A DNA stretch of 64,000 bases from an uncultured Gemmatimonadaceae bacterium (GTDB taxonomy: Bacteria; Gemmatimonadota; Gemmatimonadetes; Gemmatimonadales; GWC2-71-9): the NCBI GenBank assembly GCA_964519805.1, contig CAZFKN010000002.1:3814-67813 (forward strand), in the 5' to 3' direction. Shown here in pieces: positions 49,808 through 58,702 of this stretch (its first letter is position 1; every line of letters starts with the position of its first letter). The position numbers were made by a program, and so were the translations under genes. The notes below the pieces were generated by a model. The model was not told the DNA's origin and did no database searches. It saw nothing but the letters and a program-made list of their open reading frames with translations.

Positions 49808-51298
49808 ATGACGGACCAGCCTGAGGCGAGGCGCTTGCCACTCATCCCGATTCTCCGAGCTGGAGACGGGGTGCCCGATCGCGACGACCTCGCGACCTGG
49901 CACGAGGCGCTCGCCGATGCGGTGGGCGTCGAGGTTCCGCACGATCTCTTTGCGTTGTGGCTCTATCCGGCGTCGGGCGGCGCCGAGCTGATCGGTCCGG
50001 AAGCGCTGGCGCAGGACGAGTTGCCCGTGCCGCTCCCGCGGCCCCGGGTGTCGGAAGAAGCAAGCGCCACGCTCGCGGCGATCGTCGAGCGAGCGGGCTA
50101 TCGGTCAGTGGCGTGTCTGCCGATCAGCTTCGGCCCCAGCGACGTCGGCCTTCTGCTGGCAGCTGCGCTGGACGCTGATCGCTATGACGCCGCCGCGCGG
50201 GTGACACTCGGACGGGTCGCCGAGGCGATCGCCCCGACCTTCTCGCGCATCGCGCGGCAGCAAGGCGCCGCAGAGGGGGGCGCTGCGCCGGATCTCGCGA
50301 CCGCGCTCGCCGCGGCCTGGACCGAGGCGCGTTCGCCCCGTGACTTCTTTGCGCTCGCATCCGCGGCATTCGGAGAGCTGGTCCCGCACGACATCTTCGA
50401 GGTGCTCGTCCCCGGTCCATCGCCAGGGCGTCAGTACCGGCTGGGCGGCCACGCGGGCGGCCCGCCCTGGGCGGAGCCCGGGCTGGTGGCGGAGCCGGAG
50501 CGGCTGGACCTCGTGGCGTTGTTCGGCGGCCAACCGACCCTGCTCCTGCGCGAGCCGATCGATCCTTCGTTGACCCGGCTTTTTGGCGACGCCCTCCCCA
50601 GTGGTGAAGTGATTCGCTCGCTGCTCGGCGTCCGCATCACGTCCGGCGGGCATCTGGCCGGCCACCTCCTCGTGGGCTCGTCGCGGGGCGGCGCGTATCA
50701 GGACGAGGATCTCCTCTCGCTGGTTCGCCTCGGGGCTATTCTGGGTCCTAAGATCGACAGCTATGTCCTCTCCTCCCAACTCCAAGCCCTGCGGAAGCAG
50801 CTCGTGACGTTGCGCAACGCTCCCGCACACCAGGCCCGGGTCGCCGACATGCTGTCGACCACGGCCCAGTTCGCCGAAGCGAGCCGGCGCCTCGCGGAGG
50901 AGACCCGCGCCATGCTCCCGTGCGACCGGCTCACTTTGGCCGTGCGGCTGACGGAGGGTAACCGGGTGGTCTTGGTGGAACCGGGGGAGGCCAAGCACTG
51001 GTCCGACCTTCCCCTTGTCCCTATCGCCGGGACGCCGCTCGGCCGTGTACTGCGCGGGGAAGTGGCTGAGCTGGTGACGGAAAGCCCGAAGGCGACGGAG
51101 CTGATCGTGCCGCTTCGCGTGTCCGGACGGATGGTGGGCGCGCTGGTGCTCGAGGCCCGGGGGTTCGGGGCGCTGGGTCCCGGCGATGTGGCTCCGGCCC
51201 AGCAGCTGGCGGATCTGGTTGCTCCGTACGTGGAGCTGGTCCGCCGCGCGGCGATGTTGCCCGCACCCGTGATGCCGGGGTGGAAGCGGGTGGGCTGA
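49808..51298 (+). CDS. multi-GAF-like domain protein without recognisable output domain
   Basis: Three consecutive GAF-like segments by eye (for example ELIVPLRVSGRMVGALVLEARG). The start is uncertain: ATG 49808 is preferred, and ATG 49613 is possible. Confidence 0.55.
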   Translation: MTDQPEARRLPLIPILRAGDGVPDRDDLATWHEALADAVGVEVPHDLFALWLYPASGGAELIGPEALAQDELPVPLPRPRVSEEASATLAAIVERAGYRSVACLPISFGPSDVGLLLAAALDADRYDAAARVTLGRVAEAIAPTFSRIARQQGAAEGGAAPDLATALAAAWTEARSPRDFFALASAAFGELVPHDIFEVLVPGPSPGRQYRLGGHAGGPPWAEPGLVAEPERLDLVALFGGQPTLLLREPIDPSLTRLFGDALPSGEVIRSLLGVRITSGGHLAGHLLVGSSRGGAYQDEDLLSLVRLGAILGPKIDSYVLSSQLQALRKQLVTLRNAPAHQARVADMLSTTAQFAEASRRLAEETRAMLPCDRLTLAVRLTEGNRVVLVEPGEAKHWSDLPLVPIAGTPLGRVLRGEVAELVTESPKATELIVPLRVSGRMVGALVLEARGFGALGPGDVAPAQQLADLVAPYVELVRRAAMLPAPVMPGWKRVG

Positions 51299-52858
51299 CT
51301 ATCCCAGCCCGCCTCGAATCGGGCCACGGCGGAGCGGTCCCTCCGTCGGCAGGATGAACCAGAACGTGCTTCCCTTTCCCACCACCGATTCCACGCCGAT
51401 AACGCCTCCGTGGAGCTCCACGAAGCGCCGGGATAGCGCCAGTCCGAGTCCGGTTCCCGGCTGTTGCCGGCTGGCGGAGCTGTCCAACTGACTGAACTCC
51501 TGGAATAGCGAGCTCAGTTCGTCCTGTCGAATCCCGATGCCCGTATCGGACACCGCGACCCAGACGGAGTCACGGGCCAGCAGACGGGCTTCGTCGCCAG
51601 CCCGGTCGGCCGGCGTGGGAAGCGGCGCCTGCGTCCGGACCGCCGACAGCGTGATCCGGCCTTCCTCCGGCGTGAACTTGGAGGCGTTCGACAGGAGATT
51701 GAACAAGACCTGCCGCACGCGGGTGCCGTCCGCGACGATCTGAAGCGGACCATCATCGAGACGGATCTCGCACTGCTGCCCCCGGGCTGAGCGGAGGCTT
51801 GCGGTATCGGCCACCGCTCCGGTCATCGCTTCCCGCAGGTCAGTGACCGCCAGGGCGAGCGCTGTCCGCCCCGCCTCGATTTTCGACAGATCGAGCACGT
51901 CGTTGATGAGCCGGAGCAGGTGACGCCCGTTGCGGAGCACGGCTTCGAGGAACTCCCGCTGCACCTCCGGGACCTCGCCCACACCGCCGCCCAGGATCAG
52001 GTCGGAGAACCCGATGATCGAATTGAGCGGCGTTCTGAGCTCGTGGGACATGTTGGCGAGAAATTCTCCCTTGAGCCGCGCCGCACGGAGCAGCTCCGCG
52101 TTCTTTTCGATCAGCTCGCGCTCGTGTCGCCGGATCTCCTCGAACGTGCGAGCGCGGTCCAGGGCCACCACCGCCTGATCGCCGAGGGTGCGCAGCAGCT
52201 GGAGGTCATGCGGGTTGAAGGCCTGGTTGTCGCGACGGTTGAGGACGCCAATGGTCCCGATCGCGACGCCGGCCGACCGGAGCGGCACCATGGCGGCGGT
52301 GCGCACGGGCCCGACGATACCCGGTACCCGGGTGGAGCGCGGGTCGCCGTACAGGTCCTCGGTGACCACGGCCTCGTCGTGGTGGACCACCCACCCGCTC
52401 AACGACGCGTCGCTCGGGAGCAGCTGACCCTGCCCGGCGTCCATCATCCCCGCGGTCGCCATGACCTTGAGGAAACGCCCCTCTTCAACCAGCAGCGTGA
52501 TCATCGCACCCTCGACCTGAAGCAGCTCGTGCGCGGCATCGGCCACCGCCTGAAAGATCCGCGGGAGGTCCACATCCTTGAGCATCACGGACGTGACGGC
52601 GCCGAGTCGCTCGAGCTCGCGGTTCCGCGCAGCGGCGGTATCGAGTGCGCCGCGGAGCGACTCGCGCTGCCGGCGCGACAGCAGCTCGCCTCGGCGCAGC
52701 GCGGTGTACGTGAGCAGCGTGGTAATGACCGGGAGGGCGATGCCGAGCCAGTGGCCGCGGTAGGCGAAGTAGATGCCCAGCCAGCCGAGTCCAACGGCCG
52801 CGGCGGTGACGTAGCGGGGGACGTAGAGCCGTCGCCAGGACCGCTCGCCCCGCGTCAT
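51299..52858 (-). CDS. membrane sensor histidine kinase with GAF domain
   Basis: Two N-terminal TM helices, a GAF region, H-box MSHELRTPLNSIIGF, and an HATPase region (DTGIGI, GTGLGLALS). ATG overlaps the SDR stop (ATGA). Confidence 0.9.
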   Translation of the reverse strand: MTRGERSWRRLYVPRYVTAAAVGLGWLGIYFAYRGHWLGIALPVITTLLTYTALRRGELLSRRQRESLRGALDTAAARNRELERLGAVTSVMLKDVDLPRIFQAVADAAHELLQVEGAMITLLVEEGRFLKVMATAGMMDAGQGQLLPSDASLSGWVVHHDEAVVTEDLYGDPRSTRVPGIVGPVRTAAMVPLRSAGVAIGTIGVLNRRDNQAFNPHDLQLLRTLGDQAVVALDRARTFEEIRRHERELIEKNAELLRAARLKGEFLANMSHELRTPLNSIIGFSDLILGGGVGEVPEVQREFLEAVLRNGRHLLRLINDVLDLSKIEAGRTALALAVTDLREAMTGAVADTASLRSARGQQCEIRLDDGPLQIVADGTRVRQVLFNLLSNASKFTPEEGRITLSAVRTQAPLPTPADRAGDEARLLARDSVWVAVSDTGIGIRQDELSSLFQEFSQLDSSASRQQPGTGLGLALSRRFVELHGGVIGVESVVGKGSTFWFILPTEGPLRRGPIRGGLG

Positions 52859-53565
52859 GGGTTGGTCGGGCGGATGTCCAGCTCGCTCACCAGCGCGCGG
52901 TCGGGGAGCTCGAGCGCGTGCAGAATAGAAACCGCGACGTCCTCGGGCCGCAGAATCCTGGCCGGATCCGCTTTGAGCAGCGGCTGGTCCCGCAGCATCG
53001 CGGTTCCCACCGAGCCGGGGCAGATCGCGACTACGCGGACGTTGTCGCGCCGGACCTCGAGCATCAGGGACCGGCTGAAACCGAGGACGGCATGCTTCGA
53101 GGCGGTGTAGACCGTGCCACCCACGAATCCGCTCCGGCCGGCCAGGCTCGCGACGTTGATGATGGTGCCCTGCCGCCGGCGCCGCATGTCCGGCAGCACT
53201 TCACGCGTGACGAGGAAGAGGCTCCGCAGGTTCGTGGCCATGGTACGATCCCAGTCGGCCAGCGGGAGCTCTTCGAACGGCTTCGCGATCAGGATGCCGG
53301 CGTTGTTCACCAGCGCATCGACGGGGCCGAGCGCCTCGACAACGTGTCGGACGACGGCCGGCGCGTCGCGCTCGTCCCCGACATCGCCGGCACGCCCGGC
53401 GGCGCGGACACCGGCGTGGGCAAGGTCAGCGAGGAGGGCATCCACACGTGATGCGGTGCGGGCGCACACACCCACCTGCCAGCCCGCTCGGCCGAGCGCG
53501 AGTGCGGTGGCCCGGCCGATTCCTTCGGTAGCGCCGGTGACGAGGGCGGTGCGGGCGGGACCCAT
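52855..53565 (-). CDS. SDR-family oxidoreductase
   Basis: TGATEGIGRA cofactor motif and YTASKHAV catalytic motif. I prefer ATG 53565; the longest ORF starts at TTG 53571. Confidence 0.85.
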   Translation of the reverse strand: MGPARTALVTGATEGIGRATALALGRAGWQVGVCARTASRVDALLADLAHAGVRAAGRAGDVGDERDAPAVVRHVVEALGPVDALVNNAGILIAKPFEELPLADWDRTMATNLRSLFLVTREVLPDMRRRRQGTIINVASLAGRSGFVGGTVYTASKHAVLGFSRSLMLEVRRDNVRVVAICPGSVGTAMLRDQPLLKADPARILRPEDVAVSILHALELPDRALVSELDIRPTNP

Positions 53566-53586
53566 ACGCAAAGATAGGCGCGAAAG

Positions 53587-54192
53587 TCAGCGCCGCAGCA
53601 TGGCGAGCTCGCGCTGGAGATGGTCCAGGCGTTCCATCACCGTGCGGTGGCGCTGCTCGGCGTCGTCGGGATGGCGGCCCCGGAAGTAGATGGTCCCGTT
53701 GGGGTAGAGCATAGCGCTGTCGATTTCGCCCAGGGTATCGAATCCCCGCTCGTGCGCCTTGGCCACCAACTCCCCGGCATTGACGTGGAGCCGACGCATC
53801 TCGCTTTCCTCGAGGTGGCCCCCCGTGATGAGGCTGATGTCCCGGTCGGTGTCGGAGAGCAGATTCTGCGAAGGGCCCCGATAGTAGCGGCGGACCAGCA
53901 GCGCGTTGCAGACCAGGAGCGAGATCGCGCCCACGAGCCCGCCCGCGAGCGAGGTATCGTTTCCGATGATGGCGTTCTGCACCGTGTTGGATAGCGTGAG
54001 CAGCACGACGAAGTCGAACGGGTTGAGCTGCGCCAACATGCGCTTTCCGAACCTGCGCAGGAAAAAGACGAGGAACAGGTATACCGCCGCCGGCCGGAGC
54101 AGCTTCTCCACCCAGTGGAGCCAATCATTGGTCATTTCCGGCGTTCCCAGCGTGATCAGGTCGCGCCACACACTGAGCAGGTGACTCTCCAT
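53587..54192 (-). CDS. DUF421 (YetF-like) membrane protein
   Basis: RRFGKRMLAQLNPFDFVVLLTLSNTVQNAIIG pattern. ATG 54192 is preceded by GGAGGGGG. The longest ORF (to 54867) is an unsupported upstream extension. Confidence 0.75.
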   Translation of the reverse strand: MESHLLSVWRDLITLGTPEMTNDWLHWVEKLLRPAAVYLFLVFFLRRFGKRMLAQLNPFDFVVLLTLSNTVQNAIIGNDTSLAGGLVGAISLLVCNALLVRRYYRGPSQNLLSDTDRDISLITGGHLEESEMRRLHVNAGELVAKAHERGFDTLGEIDSAMLYPNGTIYFRGRHPDDAEQRHRTVMERLDHLQRELAMLRR

Positions 54193-54225
54193 CGGGCAGC
54201 CCCCTCCGCGATTAGCTTGCGTTCG

Positions 54226-56115
54226 ATGTCGCTTCCACTCGCTCACTCGATTGTACGCCCCAACCCGGGGGGCCGAAAGCCGGACGAGCCCCAACCGGGC
54301 TGGCGGGAGCGGCTCAAGGCCCTCAGGCATCTCCCGACCCTCCTCCGTCTGGTCTGGACTACCGAGCCGAAGTACGTCGTCGGGATCCTGCTGCTCCGAG
54401 TGGTGCGGGCGGTCGTTCCGCTGGCCGTGCTCTGGGTGGGGAAGCTCATCGTGGACGAGGTCGTGGGCGCGATCGGCCACCCGTCCGCCGAGGTGCCGTG
54501 GGCCCGGCTGGGCACCCTCCTCGCGATCGAGTTCGCCATTGCGGTCGGTGGCGAGGGGCTCTCCCGGTTGTCGGCCCTGTTCGAGAGCCTGCTGGGCGAT
54601 CTCTTCGCCAACCGCACCAGCGTGGATCTGATGCGCCACGCGGCGTCCCTCGACCTCGAGCAATTCGAGGATCCCGACCTCTACGACAAGCTGGAGCGCG
54701 CCCGCCGGCAGACAGTGAACCGGATCGGGCTGTTCACCCTGCTGCTTTCCACGCTGCAGGACCTCGTCACGCTGGTCACGCTGTCGGCAGCGCTCGTCGC
54801 GTACGTGCCCTGGCTGCTGGTGCTCCTGGTCGTCGCCGTCCTGCCTTCGCTCCTGGGCGAGACGCACTTCGCATCCTTGGGCTACTCGTTGCTCTTCTCC
54901 TGGACGCCGGAGCGTCGCCTGCTCGATTACCTCCGGTATATCGGGGCGAGCGATATCTCGGCCAAAGAGGTGAAGCTGTTCGGTCTGTCCGACTTTCTGG
55001 CGGGACGCTACGAGCGGCTGAGCCGGGAGTTCTACGAGGCCAACAAGGCGCTCGCGCTCCGGCGCGGCCTCGTCTCCAGCCTGCTCGCGGCGCTAGGGAC
55101 CCTGGGCTATTACGGCGCGTATGTCGTGATCATTTACTTGACCGTGATCCAGCATCGCGGTCCGGCGGGCGTGTTCACCATCGGCGTGCTCACCTTTCTC
55201 ACGGGCTCCTTCCGCCAGAGCCGGGATCTGATCCAGCGCGTCCTGCTTTCGCTCACCCAGGTGTTCGAGCAGAGCCTCTACCTCGACGACCTCTTCAGCT
55301 TCCTGGCGCTGGAGCCGCATATCCGTGCGTCCGCGGGCGGGCGCCCGGTGCCGGTGCCCATCCGGCGCGGCTTCGTCTTCGAGGACGTGGGGTTCCGCTA
55401 TCCTGGCTCGGAGCGTTGGGCCGTCCGTCACCTGGACTTCGCTCTGGAGCCGAGTGAGCGCATCGCGCTCGTCGGCGAGAACGGAGCGGGCAAGACCACG
55501 CTGGCCAAGCTGCTGGTCCGGCTCTACGACCCGAGCGAGGGACGGATTCTGCTGGACGGCGTGGACCTCCGGGAGTACGACGTCGAGAGCTTGCGTCGCA
55601 ACGTGGGCGTGATCTTCCAGGACTTCGTGCGCTACGACTTCGTGCTCCGGGAGAATATCGCCGTGGGCAACATCGAGCGGCGCGAGGAGGAGCCACGGAT
55701 TCTCGGCGCGGCGGAGCGGAGCCTGGCCGACTCGGTGGCCCGTCGCCTGACGGGCAGCTACGGGCAAATGCTCGGGCGGCGGTTCGAGGGCGGCGTGGAG
55801 CTGTCCGGCGGTGAGTGGCAGAAGGTCGCGCTCGCCCGGGCCTACATGCGTGACGCCCAACTCCTGATCCTCGACGAGCCGACCGCCGCCCTCGATGCCC
55901 GAGCCGAGTATGAGGTGTTCCTCCGATTCTCGGAGCTTACAGCCGGCAAGATGGCCGTGCTCATCTCACACCGTTTTTCGACCGTGCGGATGGCCGATCG
56001 AATCCTGGTGCTGCGAGGTGGCGAGATGGAGGAGCAGGGGACCCACGCAGACCTGGTGGCACGTGGCGGCCTTTACGCGGAGCTCTTCCAGCTGCAGGCG
56101 GCCGGCTACCGATAG
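54226..56115 (+). CDS. ABC exporter, fused permease/ATPase (MsbA-like type I)
   Basis: N-terminal six-TM domain. Walker A GENGAGKTTLAKLL, signature LSGGEWQKVALARA, Walker B LLILDEPTAALD. I prefer ATG 54226. Confidence 0.9.
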   Translation: MSLPLAHSIVRPNPGGRKPDEPQPGWRERLKALRHLPTLLRLVWTTEPKYVVGILLLRVVRAVVPLAVLWVGKLIVDEVVGAIGHPSAEVPWARLGTLLAIEFAIAVGGEGLSRLSALFESLLGDLFANRTSVDLMRHAASLDLEQFEDPDLYDKLERARRQTVNRIGLFTLLLSTLQDLVTLVTLSAALVAYVPWLLVLLVVAVLPSLLGETHFASLGYSLLFSWTPERRLLDYLRYIGASDISAKEVKLFGLSDFLAGRYERLSREFYEANKALALRRGLVSSLLAALGTLGYYGAYVVIIYLTVIQHRGPAGVFTIGVLTFLTGSFRQSRDLIQRVLLSLTQVFEQSLYLDDLFSFLALEPHIRASAGGRPVPVPIRRGFVFEDVGFRYPGSERWAVRHLDFALEPSERIALVGENGAGKTTLAKLLVRLYDPSEGRILLDGVDLREYDVESLRRNVGVIFQDFVRYDFVLRENIAVGNIERREEEPRILGAAERSLADSVARRLTGSYGQMLGRRFEGGVELSGGEWQKVALARAYMRDAQLLILDEPTAALDARAEYEVFLRFSELTAGKMAVLISHRFSTVRMADRILVLRGGEMEEQGTHADLVARGGLYAELFQLQAAGYR

Positions 56116-56116
56116 G

Positions 56117-56151
56117 CACTTCTCGCCGCTCACTTCTCATGTCTCACCCAT
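56117..56151. repeat. heptad-periodic CT-rich element related to the 3670-3774 palindrome
   Basis: CACTTCT CGCCGCT CACTTCT CATGTCT CACCCAT begins 2 nt after the ABC exporter stop. It shares the 11-mer CTCACTTCTCA (56129-56139) with 3756-3766. Confidence 0.4.
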
Positions 56152-56203
56152 TTGACAACCCCTTTTTCCGTCGCCAAGTTGGGCTTCTCTACAGCTTTGG
56201 GAG

Positions 56204-58264
56204 GTGGCGGCCATGAAGGCATATGGCTCGAACGCCATCCGGAACGTGGCCTTCGTAGGACATGGCGGGAGCGGCAAGACGTCCCTCGTGGATGCACTGG
56301 CCTGGGTCTCCGGCGCCAGCCGGCGACACGGCTCGACAAAGGACGGCACGGCCCTCACCGACTACTCTCCCGACGAAATCGAACGCAAGCACTCGATCGG
56401 CCTCGCCCTCGGCTACGCCGAGTGGCTGGACACCAAGCTCAACCTGATCGACACCCCCGGCTACCTCGACTACTTCGGCGAGGTGGTGACCGGACTCCAC
56501 GCCGCCGATGCGGCCGTCGTGGTGTTGAGTGGCTCGGCGGGGGTCGAGGTGGGCACCGAAAAGGCCTACGAGACGTGCGACCACCTCCATCTGCCGCGGA
56601 TCCTGTTCGTCTCGGCGATGGATAAGGAGCACGCGGATTTCGAGCGCGTGTTCCAGGACGTCAAGGCGCATCTGACGCCCAAAGTCGTCCCGGTGGAGAT
56701 CCCGATCGGCGACGGTCACGATTTCCACGGCATCATCAACCTGTTCTCCGGCCATTGCCACTTTTACAAGCGCGGGACGAAAACGGGAGAGTACGACGTC
56801 GTCCCCATCCCACCGGAGTACCAGGACCGTTTCCGCGAATACACCGAGCATCTCACCGAGACCGTCGCCGCGACCGACGACACGCTCATCGAGCGGTATC
56901 TCGGCGGCGAGGAGATCGCGCGGGACGAAGTGATCCGCGCCATGAAACGGGGGATGGCCGAGGGCGCGATCGTGCCGCTGTTCTGCGGCAGCTCCGACCT
57001 CACTTACGGCATGCGGGCATTGCTCAAGAAGATGGTGGAGCTCTTCCCGTCGCCCGCGGAGGTGACCGCGCCGGCCGATGCGCCGCTGGTCGGGCGCGTC
57101 TTCAAGACCGTCTCCGAGCCCCACGTCGGCGACGTGACCTTCTTCCGCCTCTATCGGGGCGAAGTCAAAAACGGCGACGAGGTCTGGAACGCGGAGCACG
57201 AGACGTCCGAAAAGCTGCACCACCTCTCGATCCAGCAGGGCAAGGAGCGGGTGGAAGTCGAGCGTCTGGCAGCCGGCGACATCGGGTCCGTAGCCAAACT
57301 CAAGGACACGCACACCGGCGACACGTTCTGTCTCCGCGAACGTCCCGTCCGGCTCCCCCCGATCCCGTTCCCCGAGTCCGTGGCCACGTCGGCGGTCATC
57401 GTGAAACAGCGGGGTGAAGAGGACAAGCTCGCGGCCGGGCTCCACAAGCTCCACGAGGAAGACCCCACCTTCCACTTCGAGTACAGCTCCGAGCTGGGCC
57501 AGACGCTCATCCACGGCATGGGCGAGCGTCACTTCGAGACCATCCTCGGGCGGCTCCTCCGCAAGTTCGGGGTCCATGCGGAGCTGATCCGGCCGCGGGT
57601 CGCCTACCGCGAGACGATCAAGGGGAAGGCGGAGGGCCAGGGCAAACACAAGAAGCAGACGGGCGGCCGCGGCCAGTATGGCGACTGCTGGGTCCGGCTC
57701 GCCCCGCTCCCTCGAGGTGGTGGCTATGAATTCGTCGACGCCATCGTCGGCGGCGTGATCCCGAACAAGTACATCCCTGCGGTGGATCGGGGGGTTCAGG
57801 AAGCGGCGGCGCGCGGCATCGTCGCGGGTTACCCGTGCGTGGACTTCAAGGCCGAGTGCTACGACGGCTCATACCACGACGTCGACTCCAACGAAATGTC
57901 GTTCAAGATGGCCGGCATTCTTGCCTTCCGAAACGTGGCTCCGAAGTGCAGGCCGATCCTGCTCGAGCCGCTCCTGGACGTCGAGGTCTGGGCGCCGGAG
58001 GACGTGCTGGGCGACGTGATGGGTGACCTGTCGGCGCGGCGGGGCCAGATCCTGGGGACGGAGCAGGATGGACGGCTGACGAAGGTCCGCGCCATCGCGC
58101 CCGAAGCGGAGATGTACAAGTACTCCACGACGCTCCACTCGATCACCCATGGCCGCGGGACCCATCGGCAACGCTTTCGTGGCTACGCCGAGGCCCCACC
58201 CGACGTCGCGGCCAAGGTCGCCGCGGAAAACGAGAAGGACCGGGAGCACGCGGCGGCGAGCTGA
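56204..58264 (+). CDS. elongation factor G-like GTPase paralogue with degenerate G motifs
   Basis: Five-domain EF-G architecture, 686 aa. The P-loop is retained (GHGGSGKTS). Switch II reads DTPGYLDY instead of DTPGHVDF, and the NKMD position reads SAMD. GGGAGGTGG Shine-Dalgarno upstream. Confidence 0.85.
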   Translation: MAAMKAYGSNAIRNVAFVGHGGSGKTSLVDALAWVSGASRRHGSTKDGTALTDYSPDEIERKHSIGLALGYAEWLDTKLNLIDTPGYLDYFGEVVTGLHAADAAVVVLSGSAGVEVGTEKAYETCDHLHLPRILFVSAMDKEHADFERVFQDVKAHLTPKVVPVEIPIGDGHDFHGIINLFSGHCHFYKRGTKTGEYDVVPIPPEYQDRFREYTEHLTETVAATDDTLIERYLGGEEIARDEVIRAMKRGMAEGAIVPLFCGSSDLTYGMRALLKKMVELFPSPAEVTAPADAPLVGRVFKTVSEPHVGDVTFFRLYRGEVKNGDEVWNAEHETSEKLHHLSIQQGKERVEVERLAAGDIGSVAKLKDTHTGDTFCLRERPVRLPPIPFPESVATSAVIVKQRGEEDKLAAGLHKLHEEDPTFHFEYSSELGQTLIHGMGERHFETILGRLLRKFGVHAELIRPRVAYRETIKGKAEGQGKHKKQTGGRGQYGDCWVRLAPLPRGGGYEFVDAIVGGVIPNKYIPAVDRGVQEAAARGIVAGYPCVDFKAECYDGSYHDVDSNEMSFKMAGILAFRNVAPKCRPILLEPLLDVEVWAPEDVLGDVMGDLSARRGQILGTEQDGRLTKVRAIAPEAEMYKYSTTLHSITHGRGTHRQRFRGYAEAPPDVAAKVAAENEKDREHAAAS

Positions 58265-58279
58265 CGCCGTCGCGCGCCG

Positions 58280-58702
58280 GTGGGCGTGACGTACCGGCTC
58301 CTCGCCGACGGTCTCGTTCTCGTCCACTTCGGGTTCGTGCTGTTCGTGGTGCTGGGCGGCCTGCTTGTGCTTCGCTGGCCGCCGCTCGGGTGGGTGCATC
58401 TGCCTGCGGCGGCGTGGGGCGTCTGGATCGAGCTGAGCGGTGGGATCTGTCCGCTCACACCGCTCGAGCAGGCGCTGCGGCGGCGCGCGGGTGGCCCGGT
58501 GTACACCGGAGACTTCGTCGGTCAGTACATCCTGCCGGTTCTTTACCCTCACGGTCTGACCCGAGAGATCCAACTCGTACTTGGCGCGCTGGTGGTGGGC
58601 GTGAATGTGATCGTTTACTGGTGGGTGTGGCGGCGTCAGCCGAGCTCCTCCCACTCACGCTCGAAGCGCACGATGAGCGGATCGGCCCCCAGCGATCGAT
58701 AG
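58280..58702 (+). CDS. DUF2784-like membrane protein
   Basis: LADGLVLVHFGFVLFVVLGGLL ... WGVWIELSGGICPLTPLEQALRRRAG pattern. GTG start 16 nt after the EF-G-like stop. Confidence 0.65.
   Translation: MGVTYRLLADGLVLVHFGFVLFVVLGGLLVLRWPPLGWVHLPAAAWGVWIELSGGICPLTPLEQALRRRAGGPVYTGDFVGQYILPVLYPHGLTREIQLVLGALVVGVNVIVYWWVWRRQPSSSHSRSKRTMSGSAPSDR

Noticed and set aside
56152-56180. TTGACA-17 nt-CAAGTT as the promoter of the EF-G-like gene
   Set aside because: The -35 is perfect, but the -10 candidate matches TATAAT at only about 2 positions. That is too weak to report as a feature.
56189-57649. 486-aa minus-strand ORF antisense to the EF-G-like gene
   Set aside because: Shadow ORF. The plus strand encodes a full five-domain EF-G-like protein preceded by a strong Shine-Dalgarno.
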